Assembly: GCA_963835845.1 (NCBI GenBank)
Contig: CAWIGT010000006.1
Location: forward strand, 342,123 to 406,122
Length of the DNA stretch: 64,000 nucleotides
Source: an uncultured Chloroflexia bacterium
GTDB lineage: Bacteria; Chloroflexota; Limnocylindria; Limnocylindrales; CSP1-4
Direction of reading: 5' to 3'
The position numbers were made by a program, and so were the translations under genes. The notes under the pieces are model-generated. The model ran no database searches, was not told where the DNA came from, and saw only the letters and a program-made list of their open reading frames with translations. Positions 1 through 9,914 of this stretch are shown one piece after another. The stretch's first letter is position 1; every line of letters starts with the position of its first letter.

Positions 1-683
1 TCCGTCTGGATTACCTGGACCTGTACCTGATCCATTGGCCTTTCCCGAACCACCACGCTCCGGGCGTGGACGTCACCTCACGAGCCAAGGACGCGCGGCC
101 CTACATACACGACGAGTACATGGCGACCTGGCGCGAGTTGGAGAAGCTCGTCGACCGGGGTCTCGTGCGCCATATCGGGACCTCCAACATGAGCGTGGCC
201 AAGCTCAAGCTGGTTCTCCGAGACGCCCGAATTCGACCGGCCGCGAACGAGATGGAACTGCACCCCTGTTTCCCGCAGCCGGAGCTGTTCAAGTTTGCGG
301 TCGACAACGGCGTGGTCCCAATCGGCTTCTCCCCCATCGGGTCGCCCACGAGACCCGACCGCGACCGGACGCCTGAGGATGCCGTCGACATCGAGGCCCC
401 GGCGATCGTCGCGGCGGCGAAACGGCTGGGTGTCCATCCCGCCACGATTTGCGTGAAATGGGCGGTCCAGCGAGGCCAGGTGCCCATTCCGATGTCGGTC
501 CATCGCAACGAGTATCTGAGCAACCTGCGGTCGACGATCACCGAGCCGCTGACCGACGCGGAGATGGCCGCCATAGCCGCCGAGGATCGCAACAGCCGCC
601 TCATCAAGGGCCAGGTGTTCCTCTGGCGGGACAACCAGGACTGGACGGACCTGTGGGATCTCGACGGGGTCATCGCCCAGTGA
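1..683 (+). CDS. aldo/keto reductase, 3' portion (5' end outside window)
   Basis: Frame starting at nt 3 reads RLDYLDLYLIHWP (the AKR signature) and runs into ORF 66..683. No start codon in the window. Confidence 0.7.
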   Translation, partial: RLDYLDLYLIHWPFPNHHAPGVDVTSRAKDARPYIHDEYMATWRELEKLVDRGLVRHIGTSNMSVAKLKLVLRDARIRPAANEMELHPCFPQPELFKFAVDNGVVPIGFSPIGSPTRPDRDRTPEDAVDIEAPAIVAAAKRLGVHPATICVKWAVQRGQVPIPMSVHRNEYLSNLRSTITEPLTDAEMAAIAAEDRNSRLIKGQVFLWRDNQDWTDLWDLDGVIAQ

Positions 684-879
684 ACGTGAGCACTCGGTGG
701 TCCCCGGTCGGACTCTCGCGGCACGGCTGACATACGACCAGGCCGGCCCCAGGGTGGGCGCTTCCTCACCGCCTGTCCGGTACGTACTCGGGCTGTTCCG
801 GTACGTACCCGGGCAACCGCCAGTCCGGAGGCGCTGACTTCCGGGCCTTGGCAGCAGCCGGTCCACCCTGCGGCCGGCG

Positions 880-2433
880 GTGAGCTCGGCTTTCGGAGAC
901 CAGATGCAGCGGACTCGGGACTTCCTGGCAGTCGATCTGGGGGCTTCGAGCGGCCGGGTGCTGGCCGGCGGCTGGGACGGATCGAAGTTCGCTCTTCATG
1001 AAGTCCACCAATTCTCCAACGAGCCCGTCTCGCAGATGGGCCGGCTCCAGTGGGACGTCCTCGCTCTCTGGTCCGAAGTCAAGGCAGGGCTGGCTCGCTA
1101 TGCGGGCCGGGAGCCGGTAGAGGAATCGACCGGGAGCTCGACTCCGCGACGGGGCGAACTGACGGGACTGGGTCTCGACACCTGGGGGGTCGACTTCGCG
1201 TTGCTCGACCGGGTCGGCAACCTCCTCGGCAACCCGTACCACTACCGCGACCGGCGAACAGTTGGAGCCATGGCGCGCGCCTTCGAGCGAGTGCCCCGGC
1301 GCGACGTGTTCGTGGCCACGGGTGCGCAGCCGATGGCCTACAACACGCTTTACCAGCTCCTGGCCATGGCGCTCGCGGGAGACCCGCAACTCGACGCGGC
1401 GGCGACGATGCTCCCTATGCCCAACCTGTTCTCCTACTGGCTGGTCGGCGAACGCGTCGCCGAGCGGACCCACGCGACCACGACCCAGTGTCTGCGCGCC
1501 GATACCGGCGGTTGGGCGACCGATTTGCTGGAGCGTTTGGGCATTCCGACGCGCTTCCTGCCGCCGCTGGCAGAGCCGGGCACGCTGCTTGGCCCGCTGT
1601 CGGCAGACGTGGCCCTCGAGACAGGACTGCCAACCGCGCCGGTATTTGCCGTCGCATCCCACGACACGGCGAGTGCCGTCGCCGCGATACCCGGTCTCGA
1701 TGGCGACAGCGCCTACATAAGCAGCGGCACGTGGAGCCTGATCGGCGTAGAGATCGCCTCGCCGCTCATCACAGATGCGGTTCTGTCGACCGGATTCACC
1801 AACGAAGGCGGCGTGGCGGGAACCACCCGCCTGCTTCGAAACATCCCAGGACTCTGGCTCGTGGCCGAATGCCGCCGCCGGTGGGGGCGCGACGGTCGAG
1901 AGTACGGGTGGGAGGAGCTGATCGGGATGGCCGAGCGGTCTCCCGGGCTGAGGTCTGTGATCGACCCGGACGATCCAGGCCTGATCAACCCGCCCGACAT
2001 GCCGATCGCGCTGCGAGCGCTTTCTCGCGAGACCGGCCAGGAGCCGCCGGATGATGTGGGCGCAGTTGTGCGCTGCTGCCTGGACAGCCTGGCGCTGAAA
2101 TGCCGAGTCGCGCTCGACGACTTGACCGAGGTAACCGGCCAGCGGCCCCGTAAGCTGCGCGTGGTCGGCGGCGGCAGCCGGAATCGCCTGCTCTGTCAAC
2201 TCACCGCTGATGCCTGCGGTCTGCCGATCGTCGCCGGTCCGGTCGAAGCCACGGCGCTGGGCAACGTGATGGTTCAGGCCATTGCCTCGGGCGACCTGGC
2301 AAGCGTGGCGGAGGGGCGGGCGGCCATTTCGGGCTCGGTCCAACTCGACGTCTACGAACCTCGCGGCAGCCCGGAATGGGACGCCGCCCTCTTCCACCTG
2401 CGGCATATCGCCGAGCGCACGCGTACCTATTGA
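880..2433 (+). CDS. rhaB: rhamnulokinase-like FGGY carbohydrate kinase
   Basis: 517 aa. N-terminal AVDLGASSGR motif and FGGY-family length and architecture. Confidence 0.7.
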   Translation: MSSAFGDQMQRTRDFLAVDLGASSGRVLAGGWDGSKFALHEVHQFSNEPVSQMGRLQWDVLALWSEVKAGLARYAGREPVEESTGSSTPRRGELTGLGLDTWGVDFALLDRVGNLLGNPYHYRDRRTVGAMARAFERVPRRDVFVATGAQPMAYNTLYQLLAMALAGDPQLDAAATMLPMPNLFSYWLVGERVAERTHATTTQCLRADTGGWATDLLERLGIPTRFLPPLAEPGTLLGPLSADVALETGLPTAPVFAVASHDTASAVAAIPGLDGDSAYISSGTWSLIGVEIASPLITDAVLSTGFTNEGGVAGTTRLLRNIPGLWLVAECRRRWGRDGREYGWEELIGMAERSPGLRSVIDPDDPGLINPPDMPIALRALSRETGQEPPDDVGAVVRCCLDSLALKCRVALDDLTEVTGQRPRKLRVVGGGSRNRLLCQLTADACGLPIVAGPVEATALGNVMVQAIASGDLASVAEGRAAISGSVQLDVYEPRGSPEWDAALFHLRHIAERTRTY

Positions 2434-2443
2434 GGAGGGTCTG

Positions 2444-3070
2444 ATGTCAGCCCACGGCGATCTCATCGAGCAGCTGGCCGACGCCGGCCGGACGGCGGCT
2501 GCTCAGGGGCTGGTCCTCGCATCGGGCGGGAACCTGTCGGCTCGTTATCCCGGCTCGGACGAGTTCGTGGTCACCGGCACGGGCACCTACCTGGATCGAC
2601 TGGACGAGACCGACTTCTCGCTAATGGGGCTCGACGGCCAGGTCCGGGCTGGAAGCCGTGATCCCTCCAGCGAATGGAAGCTCCACCAGCGCACATATCA
2701 GGTCCGGCCTGACGTCAACGCCGTGATCCACCTGCATCCCCAGTACACGGTTCTGCTGGACGGCCTGGGTCATCAAATACGCCTGATCTCGCTCGACCAG
2801 GCCTACTACGTGCGATCCACTGCTCGCGTGCCCTATTTCCCGTCGGGTTCTGACGAGCTGGCAGATGCCGCAGCTGAGGCCGCCCTCGGCTGCAACGCGG
2901 TGATCCTCGCCTTCCACGGTTGCTCCTGCCTAGGCGACACCGTCGCGATGGCGTTGCGTCGGGCCCTGAACCTCGAGCAAGCGGCGATGACGACCTACAG
3001 GTCCATCCTTCTTGGCAACACGGACCTGACGTTTCCGCCTGAGTGGCTGGACAGGCTCGCCACGGTCTGA
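2444..3070 (+). CDS. class II aldolase/adducin-family protein (fuculose/rhamnulose-1-phosphate aldolase-like)
   Basis: ATG at 2444 preceded by GGAGGG. The ~208-aa product begins MSAHGDLIEQLADAGR... with the aldolase-II fold. Lies 10 bp downstream of the kinase. Confidence 0.65.
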   Translation: MSAHGDLIEQLADAGRTAAAQGLVLASGGNLSARYPGSDEFVVTGTGTYLDRLDETDFSLMGLDGQVRAGSRDPSSEWKLHQRTYQVRPDVNAVIHLHPQYTVLLDGLGHQIRLISLDQAYYVRSTARVPYFPSGSDELADAAAEAALGCNAVILAFHGCSCLGDTVAMALRRALNLEQAAMTTYRSILLGNTDLTFPPEWLDRLATV

Positions 3071-3259
3071 CCACCGTGCGGCCAGGCCGCCCGGACGGTC
3101 CCCTGTGCGCTCGCGCGGGCAGCAGTCAGAAGGAAGTCGTGGGCGCCCTCGGTCGGCAGCTGGGGTATCAACGCTTCGCGCGCGACCCCGTCCGACAGCG
3201 CCGGTGTGTGGCGCCACCCTTCAGGTCGTGGCATCTGTCGTCAGCTGCGTTTCGCATGG

Positions 3260-4099
3260 CTAGACGACCTGCAGGGACAAATACGCCGCGAGCGTCAGGA
3301 CGACCACGGCGAAGCCACGGCCGAGGGTCGCTACCGGCATCCGAGTGGACACGGTGCCGCCCACAAGTCCGGCGAGGACCGCTCCGGCGGTGAACCATAG
3401 AGTCAGCGAGGCGTCGATCGCGATCCCGGTGCCGACGTGGCCGGCGAGCGCGGTCGCGCTGTTGATGGCGATGATGGGCAGCGAAGTACCGATCGCCTTG
3501 TCCATCGGCAGCCGCGCGACGAGCACCAGAGTCGGGACGATCAGAAAACCGCCGCCGACGCCGAAGAACCCGGTCAACAGTCCGACGCCGATGGCTGCGA
3601 CCAGGAACGGCCCGTGGTCGACGATGGGACAAGCCGCCGGCAGCAGCGCGCGTACGCGCACTCGCAGCGATCGAGGCCGATTGCCAGGGACCGGCGCGGA
3701 TTCGAGGGCAATCCGAGTCAGAGCGGGACTCGCCTCCGTGTGGCCGGCACGTCGCCAGGTGGCAATTGCCGCGGCGATCATCAATACGACGAATCCCGCC
3801 AGCAGCAGCCGGGCCGGAACCGCGCGGTTGAGATAGCCGCCCACGATGGTCCCGACCATGCCAATGGCCCCAAACGCGATCGCCCGGCTCCACAGGACGT
3901 TGCCTCGGCGGGCATGGGCCGCGCTCGCCCACGCGGCGGTGATGCCGACGATGACGAGCGACATCGTCGTCGCCGCGTGCGCCGGGACACCGAGCGGGCC
4001 GACGAGCAGCGGGACGGTGATGATCGATCCGCCGCCTCCGACGAGGCCCAGCGCGAGCCCGACAACCGTGCCCAGGATGAATGCCATTGGATCGGCCAC
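3260..4099 (-). CDS. TSUP/TauE-SafE family membrane exporter
   Basis: 279 aa, multi-TM, G-x-GGG-x-I-x-V-P motifs. GTG start at 4097-4099 abuts the trxB stop (an ATG lies 12 nt further in). Confidence 0.75.
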   Translation of the reverse strand: MADPMAFILGTVVGLALGLVGGGGSIITVPLLVGPLGVPAHAATTMSLVIVGITAAWASAAHARRGNVLWSRAIAFGAIGMVGTIVGGYLNRAVPARLLLAGFVVLMIAAAIATWRRAGHTEASPALTRIALESAPVPGNRPRSLRVRVRALLPAACPIVDHGPFLVAAIGVGLLTGFFGVGGGFLIVPTLVLVARLPMDKAIGTSLPIIAINSATALAGHVGTGIAIDASLTLWFTAGAVLAGLVGGTVSTRMPVATLGRGFAVVVLTLAAYLSLQVV

Positions 4100-5128
4100 C
4101 TATCGAGCCACGGCGAGCGCGGCGGGCTGGACTGCGTTGGCGTCGTCGGCGCCCGCGGCCTCGAGCCAACGCTCGGCGTCGATTGCCGCTCGAGCGCCTT
4201 CGCCCGCGGCCGTGATCGCCTGCCTGTATCGGTGGTCGTGGATGTCGCCGGCGATGAAGATGCCGCCGATCGACGACGCGGTCGTCTCGCCCTCGACGGC
4301 CAGGTAGCCCTTCGGGTCGGCCGGTAGCCAGTCGCGGAAGGCCTCGCCGTTGGGCCGATGGCCGATCGCGACGAAGACGCCCCCCACGGGAATTGTCTCG
4401 TCCCCGGACGCGTCGGTCCGGGAGAGCCGCAGCGCTTCGACCCTGTCTGATCCGACGACTTCGGCGACGGTCCGGCTCAGGTGAAGCTCGATCCTGGGAT
4501 GCTCAGTCGCGCGGGTAACCATGATCTTGCTGGCCCGGAAGGCGTCGCGACGGTGGACGAGGTGGACCTTGCTGGCGAACCGCGTGAGGAACAGCGCCTC
4601 CTCGATGGCGGTGTCGCCGCCGCCGACGACGGCCACTTCCTTGCCTCGGAAGAAGAAGCCATCGCACGTCGCGCACGCACTCACCCCGCGGCCACGCAGC
4701 CGCGTCTCCGACTCCAGCCCAAGCCAGATGGCGGAAGCGCCGGTTGCGACGATGACCGAGTCCGCCCGGTACTCGACACCGGCCGCCCAGAGGCGGAACG
4801 GGCGCATGCCGAAGTCGACGCGATCGACGTCCACGTCCGCGATCAGTGCGCCGAAGCGCTCGGCCTGCTCCCGGAAGAGGGCCATGAGCTCCGGACCCTG
4901 GATACCCTGGGGGAAGCCTGGGTAGTTCTCGACCTCGCTCGTCGTCATGAGCTGGCCTCCGGACTCGAGGCCGCCGAGGACGATGGGCTCCAGGTTCGCT
5001 CGGGCGGCATATATCGCGGCGGTCAGGCCCGCCGGGCCGGATCCGACGATAACGACCTTCGCTGCGCGGGAGGGGCCGGCCTCGGGCGGCGTGTCTGCCT
5101 CTGTCGATGGGAGAGTTCCAAATCTCAT
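4100..5128 (-). CDS. trxB: thioredoxin-disulfide reductase
   Basis: VVIVGSGPAG FAD motif, CATC redox pair (SACATCDGFF) and GGGDTAIEEA NADPH motif. ATG verified at 5126-5128. The upstream 267 codons of ORF 4100..5929 were rejected as non-coding. Confidence 0.85.
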   Translation of the reverse strand: MRFGTLPSTEADTPPEAGPSRAAKVVIVGSGPAGLTAAIYAARANLEPIVLGGLESGGQLMTTSEVENYPGFPQGIQGPELMALFREQAERFGALIADVDVDRVDFGMRPFRLWAAGVEYRADSVIVATGASAIWLGLESETRLRGRGVSACATCDGFFFRGKEVAVVGGGDTAIEEALFLTRFASKVHLVHRRDAFRASKIMVTRATEHPRIELHLSRTVAEVVGSDRVEALRLSRTDASGDETIPVGGVFVAIGHRPNGEAFRDWLPADPKGYLAVEGETTASSIGGIFIAGDIHDHRYRQAITAAGEGARAAIDAERWLEAAGADDANAVQPAALAVAR

Positions 5129-5434
5129 CTGGTTACTCGCGTTCTTGACGGCCTGGGCCGCGTTCTGCCTGATCGTGGTCACCGTGGACCCTACGTTACC
5201 AGTATTTGCATCATTGCGCAAATACCAGAATACGGGGGCGAGCGTGCCATCGCAGCGGAGTGGCAAAGGCGCCCGATCGGGCGGCTCCATCGAACTTGTC
5301 CGTCCGCTCCATGAACCGTCCATCCGCCCAATCGACTCTGGACCCATCGATACCGGCCCGTCCTTGAGATGACCGAGGCAGCTCCCCCGGCCGGCCCGCA
5401 ACCGCCCCCACGGGCGTGGAATGGAGATGGCGCG

Positions 5435-5947
5435 ATGCGCAGAGTAATCGCCGCGATTGGCGGCACAGTGTTCGGTTCCTTGCTCCTCGTGGCGAGTGTC
5501 GCCGCGGCCAACCCAACCCCGACGCCGCCGCCGGCTTCCCCCTCGACGGGCACCGTGTCCGTAGTCCTCGGGCTGACGCAGGCCCAGGTCCAGGATCTCC
5601 GCCACGACGGTCTCAGCCTCGCTCAGATCGCCGAGCGTCAGAAGGTGGCCGTCCAGAAGGTCGTCGACGCACTCGTAGCGCGGTGGCAGGAGCGACTCGC
5701 GGCCCGCGTCACGAACGGTGCCCTGACCGCCGACCAGGCGGCCGCGCTCAAGGCCCAGCTCCAGACGAAGGCGACGACGATGGTGAACAGCACCGCGCCG
5801 GGTGGCATGCAGGGCGCGGCCGTGGGAGCCGGTCCCGGTAGCGGAGCCGGCAACGGCGGGGCGGGCGGCACGGGCAACGGCACCGGCACGGGCACCGGCA
5901 CCGGGACCTGCGACGGAACCGGTCCGCACGGCGCCGGCCGACCATAG
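5435..5947 (+). CDS. hypothetical secreted protein with Gly/Thr-rich C-terminal tail
   Basis: Internal ATG at 5435 gives a signal-peptide-like N-terminus (MRRVIAAIGGTVFGSLLLVASVAAANP). The C-terminus is low complexity (GTGNGTGTGTGTGT). Confidence 0.4.
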   Translation: MRRVIAAIGGTVFGSLLLVASVAAANPTPTPPPASPSTGTVSVVLGLTQAQVQDLRHDGLSLAQIAERQKVAVQKVVDALVARWQERLAARVTNGALTADQAAALKAQLQTKATTMVNSTAPGGMQGAAVGAGPGSGAGNGGAGGTGNGTGTGTGTGTCDGTGPHGAGRP

Positions 5948-6016
5948 TCAGCCAGGCCACAGCAATTGGGACGGTCGGGCCTTTCCGAGGCCCGACCGTT
6001 TCCCTATGGTGATGGC

Positions 6017-6712
6017 ATGAACGCCCGCATCCTCGTCGTGGACGATGAAGCTCACATTGTCGAATTCGTGCGCGGCTACCTGGAGCGCGATGGCTACGTG
6101 GTGCTGACGGCGGCGGATGGTGATGCCGCGCTGCAACTCGCGACGGACGAGCAGCCGGATCTGCTGATCCTGGACATCATGCTCCCGAGGCGATCCGGCT
6201 TCGACGTCCTCAGGGCTCTCCGTTCCGCCGGTTCGTCGGTGCCGGTGATCATGCTCACGGCCCGCGACGATGTCATCGACCGGGTGGCGGGGCTCGAGCT
6301 CGGCGCCGACGACTACGTGGTCAAGCCGTTCGAGCCACGCGAACTCGTCGCCCGAGTCGGTGCGGTGCTCCGGCGGCTGGAGCGGCCCACGCAAGGACCG
6401 CTCGTCCGTCATTTCGACCTCGCCATCGACACCACTACAAGGGAGATCCGCCGAGACGGCGATCTCGTGCCGCTGACGCGGACGGAGTTCGACCTCCTCG
6501 CCACTGTCGCTTCCCAGCCGGGACGAGTCTGGACGCGCGAGCAGATCGGCGAGCAGCTGTTCGGCCAATCGTTCGAGTCGCTCGATCGGACGATCGACAG
6601 CCACGTGAAGAACCTCCGGGCGAAGCTCGGCCAGCGGCCGGAGGGCGGGGCGTACGTGGAGACCGTGCGCGGGGTTGGTTATCGGGCGCCTCGCGCGGAA
6701 GACGGGGCATGA
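6017..6712 (+). CDS. OmpR-family two-component response regulator
   Basis: Receiver domain (ILVVDDE...D...LMLTAR...KP) followed by a winged-helix output domain (VRGVGYR). ATG at 6017. Confidence 0.85.
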   Translation: MNARILVVDDEAHIVEFVRGYLERDGYVVLTAADGDAALQLATDEQPDLLILDIMLPRRSGFDVLRALRSAGSSVPVIMLTARDDVIDRVAGLELGADDYVVKPFEPRELVARVGAVLRRLERPTQGPLVRHFDLAIDTTTREIRRDGDLVPLTRTEFDLLATVASQPGRVWTREQIGEQLFGQSFESLDRTIDSHVKNLRAKLGQRPEGGAYVETVRGVGYRAPRAEDGA

Positions 6713-7824
6713 GTCTTCGAGTCAAGATCGGCCTGGGCTTCGCGGCCGTCGCTCTCGTCACTGCCGCCGTCGTCGCGATCGCGGTTCCGCCGATTGTCGG
6801 GCGCGGTTTCACTCAGCTCGAGGCCGACGCGGCGAGTCAGATTCCCGCGCAGGGGCATGGGAACGGCCCGGGACCCGGCCCCTACGCCGGTACGCATGCC
6901 GCGCAGATCCAGCAGGACACGACCGTGGCGCTGATCCTCGTCGCGCTCGCCGCTGCGCTGGCCGCGTCGGCGATCGGTTTCGCCGCGGCCGGCAGGATGG
7001 CCCGCCCGCTCACGCTGCTTGCTCACGCTTCTCGCAACGTCGCCGCCGGCAATCTCGGTCAGCGGTCCGGTCTCGCCGGTCGAGGCGGCGAGTTCGGCGA
7101 GGTCGGGCGGGCGTTCGACGAGATGTCCGCGGAACTCCAGCGCGCCGATGATGAGCGCCGGCGGTTCGTCCAGGACGCCGTCCATGAGCTGCGTACGCCG
7201 CTGGCGGTCATCGACGGGACGGCCGGCGCCCTCGAAGAGGGCATCTTCGCCGCCGAGCCGCGACATCTGCGAACCATCCGTGAGCAGACGCAGTTGCTGA
7301 GCCATATCGTGGACGACCTGCGGACGATCAGCCTCGCGGAGGCCGGCCAGCTCGAGCTCGAACGCGAGCCGGTGGACGTGTCGGAGCTGCTCGACACGAC
7401 GGCCGCGGCCTTCGAGGCTCGCGGGAAAGCGGAGTCGATCAGCATCGAGACGGCCGCCGCGCCGGGCCTGATCGTGGACGGCGATCCGCGGCGCCTCCGG
7501 CAGGTCCTGGCCGCGCTCACCGACAACGCGCTGCGCCATACGCCACCCGGCGGTTCCGTAAGGCTCGCGGCCACGGCAAAGGCCAGCGCGGTTCGCGTCT
7601 CGGTCGAGGACAGCGGCGATGGCATCGCCGCGGAAGACCTGCCGCATGTGTTCGATCGCTTCTACCAGGCCGACCCGTCCCGGGACCGGCGCACCGGCAC
7701 GAGCGGACTCGGACTCTCGATCGTCCAGGCCGTCGTCCAGGCTCATGGCGGCCGCGTGGGGGCCGAGAACCGGCCCGAGAGCGGCGCGAGCGTCTGGTGC
7801 GAGTTGCCCGCGTCGAGGAGCTGA
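6709..7824 (+). CDS. sensor histidine kinase
   Basis: ATGA overlap with the regulator stop. N-terminal TM segment, H-box HELRTPLAVI and an HATPase_c region (SGDGI, GTSGLGLSIV). Confidence 0.85.
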   Translation: MSLRVKIGLGFAAVALVTAAVVAIAVPPIVGRGFTQLEADAASQIPAQGHGNGPGPGPYAGTHAAQIQQDTTVALILVALAAALAASAIGFAAAGRMARPLTLLAHASRNVAAGNLGQRSGLAGRGGEFGEVGRAFDEMSAELQRADDERRRFVQDAVHELRTPLAVIDGTAGALEEGIFAAEPRHLRTIREQTQLLSHIVDDLRTISLAEAGQLELEREPVDVSELLDTTAAAFEARGKAESISIETAAAPGLIVDGDPRRLRQVLAALTDNALRHTPPGGSVRLAATAKASAVRVSVEDSGDGIAAEDLPHVFDRFYQADPSRDRRTGTSGLGLSIVQAVVQAHGGRVGAENRPESGASVWCELPASRS

Positions 7825-7830
7825 CGACCG

Positions 7831-8718
7831 TCAGCCGTGGATCCCGAACCAGCCGACGAGGAGCGCGCCGGCCACGAGGCAGTAGATCGCGAACGGCGTG
7901 AGTGTTCGGGTGGTGAAGTAGCGGGTCAGGAAGCGGACCGAGAGATAGGCCGCGATCGCCGCGGCGAGGCTTCCGGCGAGCACCTGACCGAGGACGCCGT
8001 GTCCGTTTGGTCCGATCAGGTCCGGCAGCTTGTAGACACCCGCCGCCAGGATGATCGGCGTCGCGAGCAAGAAGGAGAAACGGGCGGCATCCTCGTGGTC
8101 CAGGCCCCGGACCAGCCCGGCCGCCATCGTGATGCCCGAACGGCTGATGCCGGCCAGCAGCGCGAAGACCTGCGCGACCCCGACAACGCCCGCCTCGCGG
8201 TACTCGAGCGTGTCGAGGCGGCGGGCACCCTCGGGATTGAGGCCGTGAGCGACCGCGACCGCACGCACTTCGGCGCGACGCCGAAAGACCTCGGCGACGG
8301 CGAGGACGACGCCGTTGAGGAACAGGAACGCCGCCGCGGCCAGCGGGACGGCGAACAGGGTTCGTAGCGGGTGCTCGAGGAGCAAGCCGGTGAGTCCGGC
8401 CGGGATCGTGGCCACGATCAGGAGCCAGCCGAGGCGCTGTGTCGAAGTCTCGATCCGCCGCGTTCGTAACGACACGAGCAAGCCTCGGACGATCTCGACC
8501 CACGTCCGCCGGTAGAAGACGGCGAGCGCGAGGGCGGTCGCGACATGCAGTCCGACCAGGAAGGCGAGGAAGTACGACTCCTTCGCAGATTGCGCGGCGA
8601 CGACGTCGTTCCAGCCGAGAAGCTTCGGCAGGATGACGGAATGGCCGAGGCTCGAAACGGGAAAGAGCTCGGTGACGCCCTGGAGGAGCCCGAGCAGGAT
8701 CGCCTGGGGAAAGCTCAT
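7831..8718 (-). CDS. uppP: undecaprenyl-diphosphate phosphatase
   Basis: ATG at 8716-8718 (MSFPQAILLG...). BacA/UppP motifs (ELFPVSSLGHS, SRSGITMAAGL), 295 aa. The N-terminal 171 codons of ORF 7831..9231 were rejected. Confidence 0.8.
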   Translation of the reverse strand: MSFPQAILLGLLQGVTELFPVSSLGHSVILPKLLGWNDVVAAQSAKESYFLAFLVGLHVATALALAVFYRRTWVEIVRGLLVSLRTRRIETSTQRLGWLLIVATIPAGLTGLLLEHPLRTLFAVPLAAAAFLFLNGVVLAVAEVFRRRAEVRAVAVAHGLNPEGARRLDTLEYREAGVVGVAQVFALLAGISRSGITMAAGLVRGLDHEDAARFSFLLATPIILAAGVYKLPDLIGPNGHGVLGQVLAGSLAAAIAAYLSVRFLTRYFTTRTLTPFAIYCLVAGALLVGWFGIHG

Positions 8719-8984
8719 CGATGGTCTCGCATGTCGGGAGCCTACCCAAAAGTCGTGCGACCCACCTCCTGGCCAGTCACTGTCGTATTGGGTGGTCCGG
8801 AGTTGCAGGAGGACGAAATCGGGGCGGCCTGAGACTGCGGCGCTACGATCCGCCCATTTGTGCCCCAGGGCTGGCGGCCGCGCCATGATCCGTTCTGGCC
8901 GGGCTCGCGTTCCATCCCGGACCGTTGCCTTCGGGGCCGTTCGTCCCGGCCGGCGTCGGGTTCGGGGTTCTCCCGCCACCGCCG

Positions 8985-9914
8985 TCACCCCCAACCGGAA
9001 GCGTCGGGCCGGCCGATGCGCTCGGACCGGGCGCGCCCGGAGACCCTGATGACGCCTGAGGTCCGCCCGACGCCTTCGGCCCGGCCGAACCGTCCGGGTT
9101 TGGCCCGTTGGACGGTTCTGTGGAGCTCGGTCCCGTGGGGCCCCGCCCGGAGGAGCCCGGGGCCGCCGTTTGGCACATCGTCCGAGGCCGGCGAGGTTGG
9201 TCCGGGCGACGTTTCCGGCGCCTGCAGGCAAGCGCGGACGCGTTCGATCGCTCTGCCCAGCGCGGCTTGCGTGGATCCGCTGCTCGCGGCACGGACTCGA
9301 TCGAGGGTCTCGAGTTGGGTCGTGAGACGCAACCTGACCGCTTGCGCGCTAACCCCGGGTTCGTTGGCGACCGCGGTCAGAACGTCCGCGTAGGCGTCCG
9401 CGGCGGCGGCCGCGGCCTGCCAGTTGCCTGTCGATGCCGCCCGATCGAGCTCGTCAAGTCGGGCTTGCGCTCTCGCGAGGTCCGCATCCAGGCGCTGGAG
9501 CGTGCCGGGCGCAGGAAGCGTCAGCGCTTCGACGTCGAGCCGGAAACGATAGAAAGGCTCGCCCGGGCCGCTCTCCGCCAGCACGCCGCCTACGCCGCCG
9601 ACCGCCAGGAGGGCAACCACGGCCGCGCCAAGCGCGAATCGTCGAGGGGCGAATCGTCGAGGGGCGAATCGTCGAGGGGCCAATCGCTCGCTCGGCGTCT
9701 CAGCTGCCCCGGCGCTCCCGACCGAGCGCGGTGCTCGGGTGGCCAGGAAGGTGGCGCGGAGGGACTCTCGCGAGCGAGCGAGGACGTCCTCGTCGGCTGC
9801 CACCGATGCCTGGGCGTAGTCATGGACCGCGGCCACGACGTCGATTTCGTCCGGCTCGTCGTGCCAGCCATAGGGCCGTCGCGGAGCTCGTCGGAAGAAA
9901 CGGGCTAGCGTCAT
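8985..9914 (-). CDS. putative membrane anti-sigma factor
   Basis: ATGA overlap with the upstream ECF sigma stop. Cytoplasmic N-terminus, single TM helix (LGAAVVALLAVGGVGGVL), extracytoplasmic Ala-rich C-terminus. Function is inferred from position only. Confidence 0.45.
   Translation of the reverse strand: MTLARFFRRAPRRPYGWHDEPDEIDVVAAVHDYAQASVAADEDVLARSRESLRATFLATRAPRSVGSAGAAETPSERLAPRRFAPRRFAPRRFALGAAVVALLAVGGVGGVLAESGPGEPFYRFRLDVEALTLPAPGTLQRLDADLARAQARLDELDRAASTGNWQAAAAAADAYADVLTAVANEPGVSAQAVRLRLTTQLETLDRVRAASSGSTQAALGRAIERVRACLQAPETSPGPTSPASDDVPNGGPGLLRAGPHGTELHRTVQRAKPGRFGRAEGVGRTSGVIRVSGRARSERIGRPDASGWG
9636..9680 (-). repeat. perfect in-frame 15-bp tandem repeat x3 (gaatcgtcgaggggc) encoding (RRFAP)x3
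   Basis: Read directly from the sequence. A degenerate fourth copy follows. It sits in the juxtamembrane region of the anti-sigma candidate. Confidence 0.9.

Noticed and set aside
78-4327. Long overlapping ORFs on both strands (for example 78..866-, 766..2466-, 1050..2054+, 3168..4169-, 3437..4327+) rich in Arg/Pro/Gly
   Set aside because: They are typical shadow ORFs in 70% GC DNA. They overlap well-supported genes (rhaB, aldolase, TSUP, trxB), have no motifs and are arginine-rich. The same reasoning applies to 7517..8749-, 14198..16093+, 16012..17760+, 21825..23000+, 22069..22827-, 22940..24661+ and 35546..36076-.
5129-5929. Upstream 267 codons of ORF 4100..5929 as an N-terminal extension of trxB
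   Set aside because: The conserved TrxB sequence begins at the ATG at 5126-5128. The upstream part is low complexity with no similarity.
8719-9231. 171-codon N-terminal extension of the uppP ORF
   Set aside because: The conserved UppP sequence starts at MSFPQAILLG (ATG 8716-8718). Upstream is an Arg-rich open frame in GC-rich DNA and would overlap the anti-sigma gene's 3' end.
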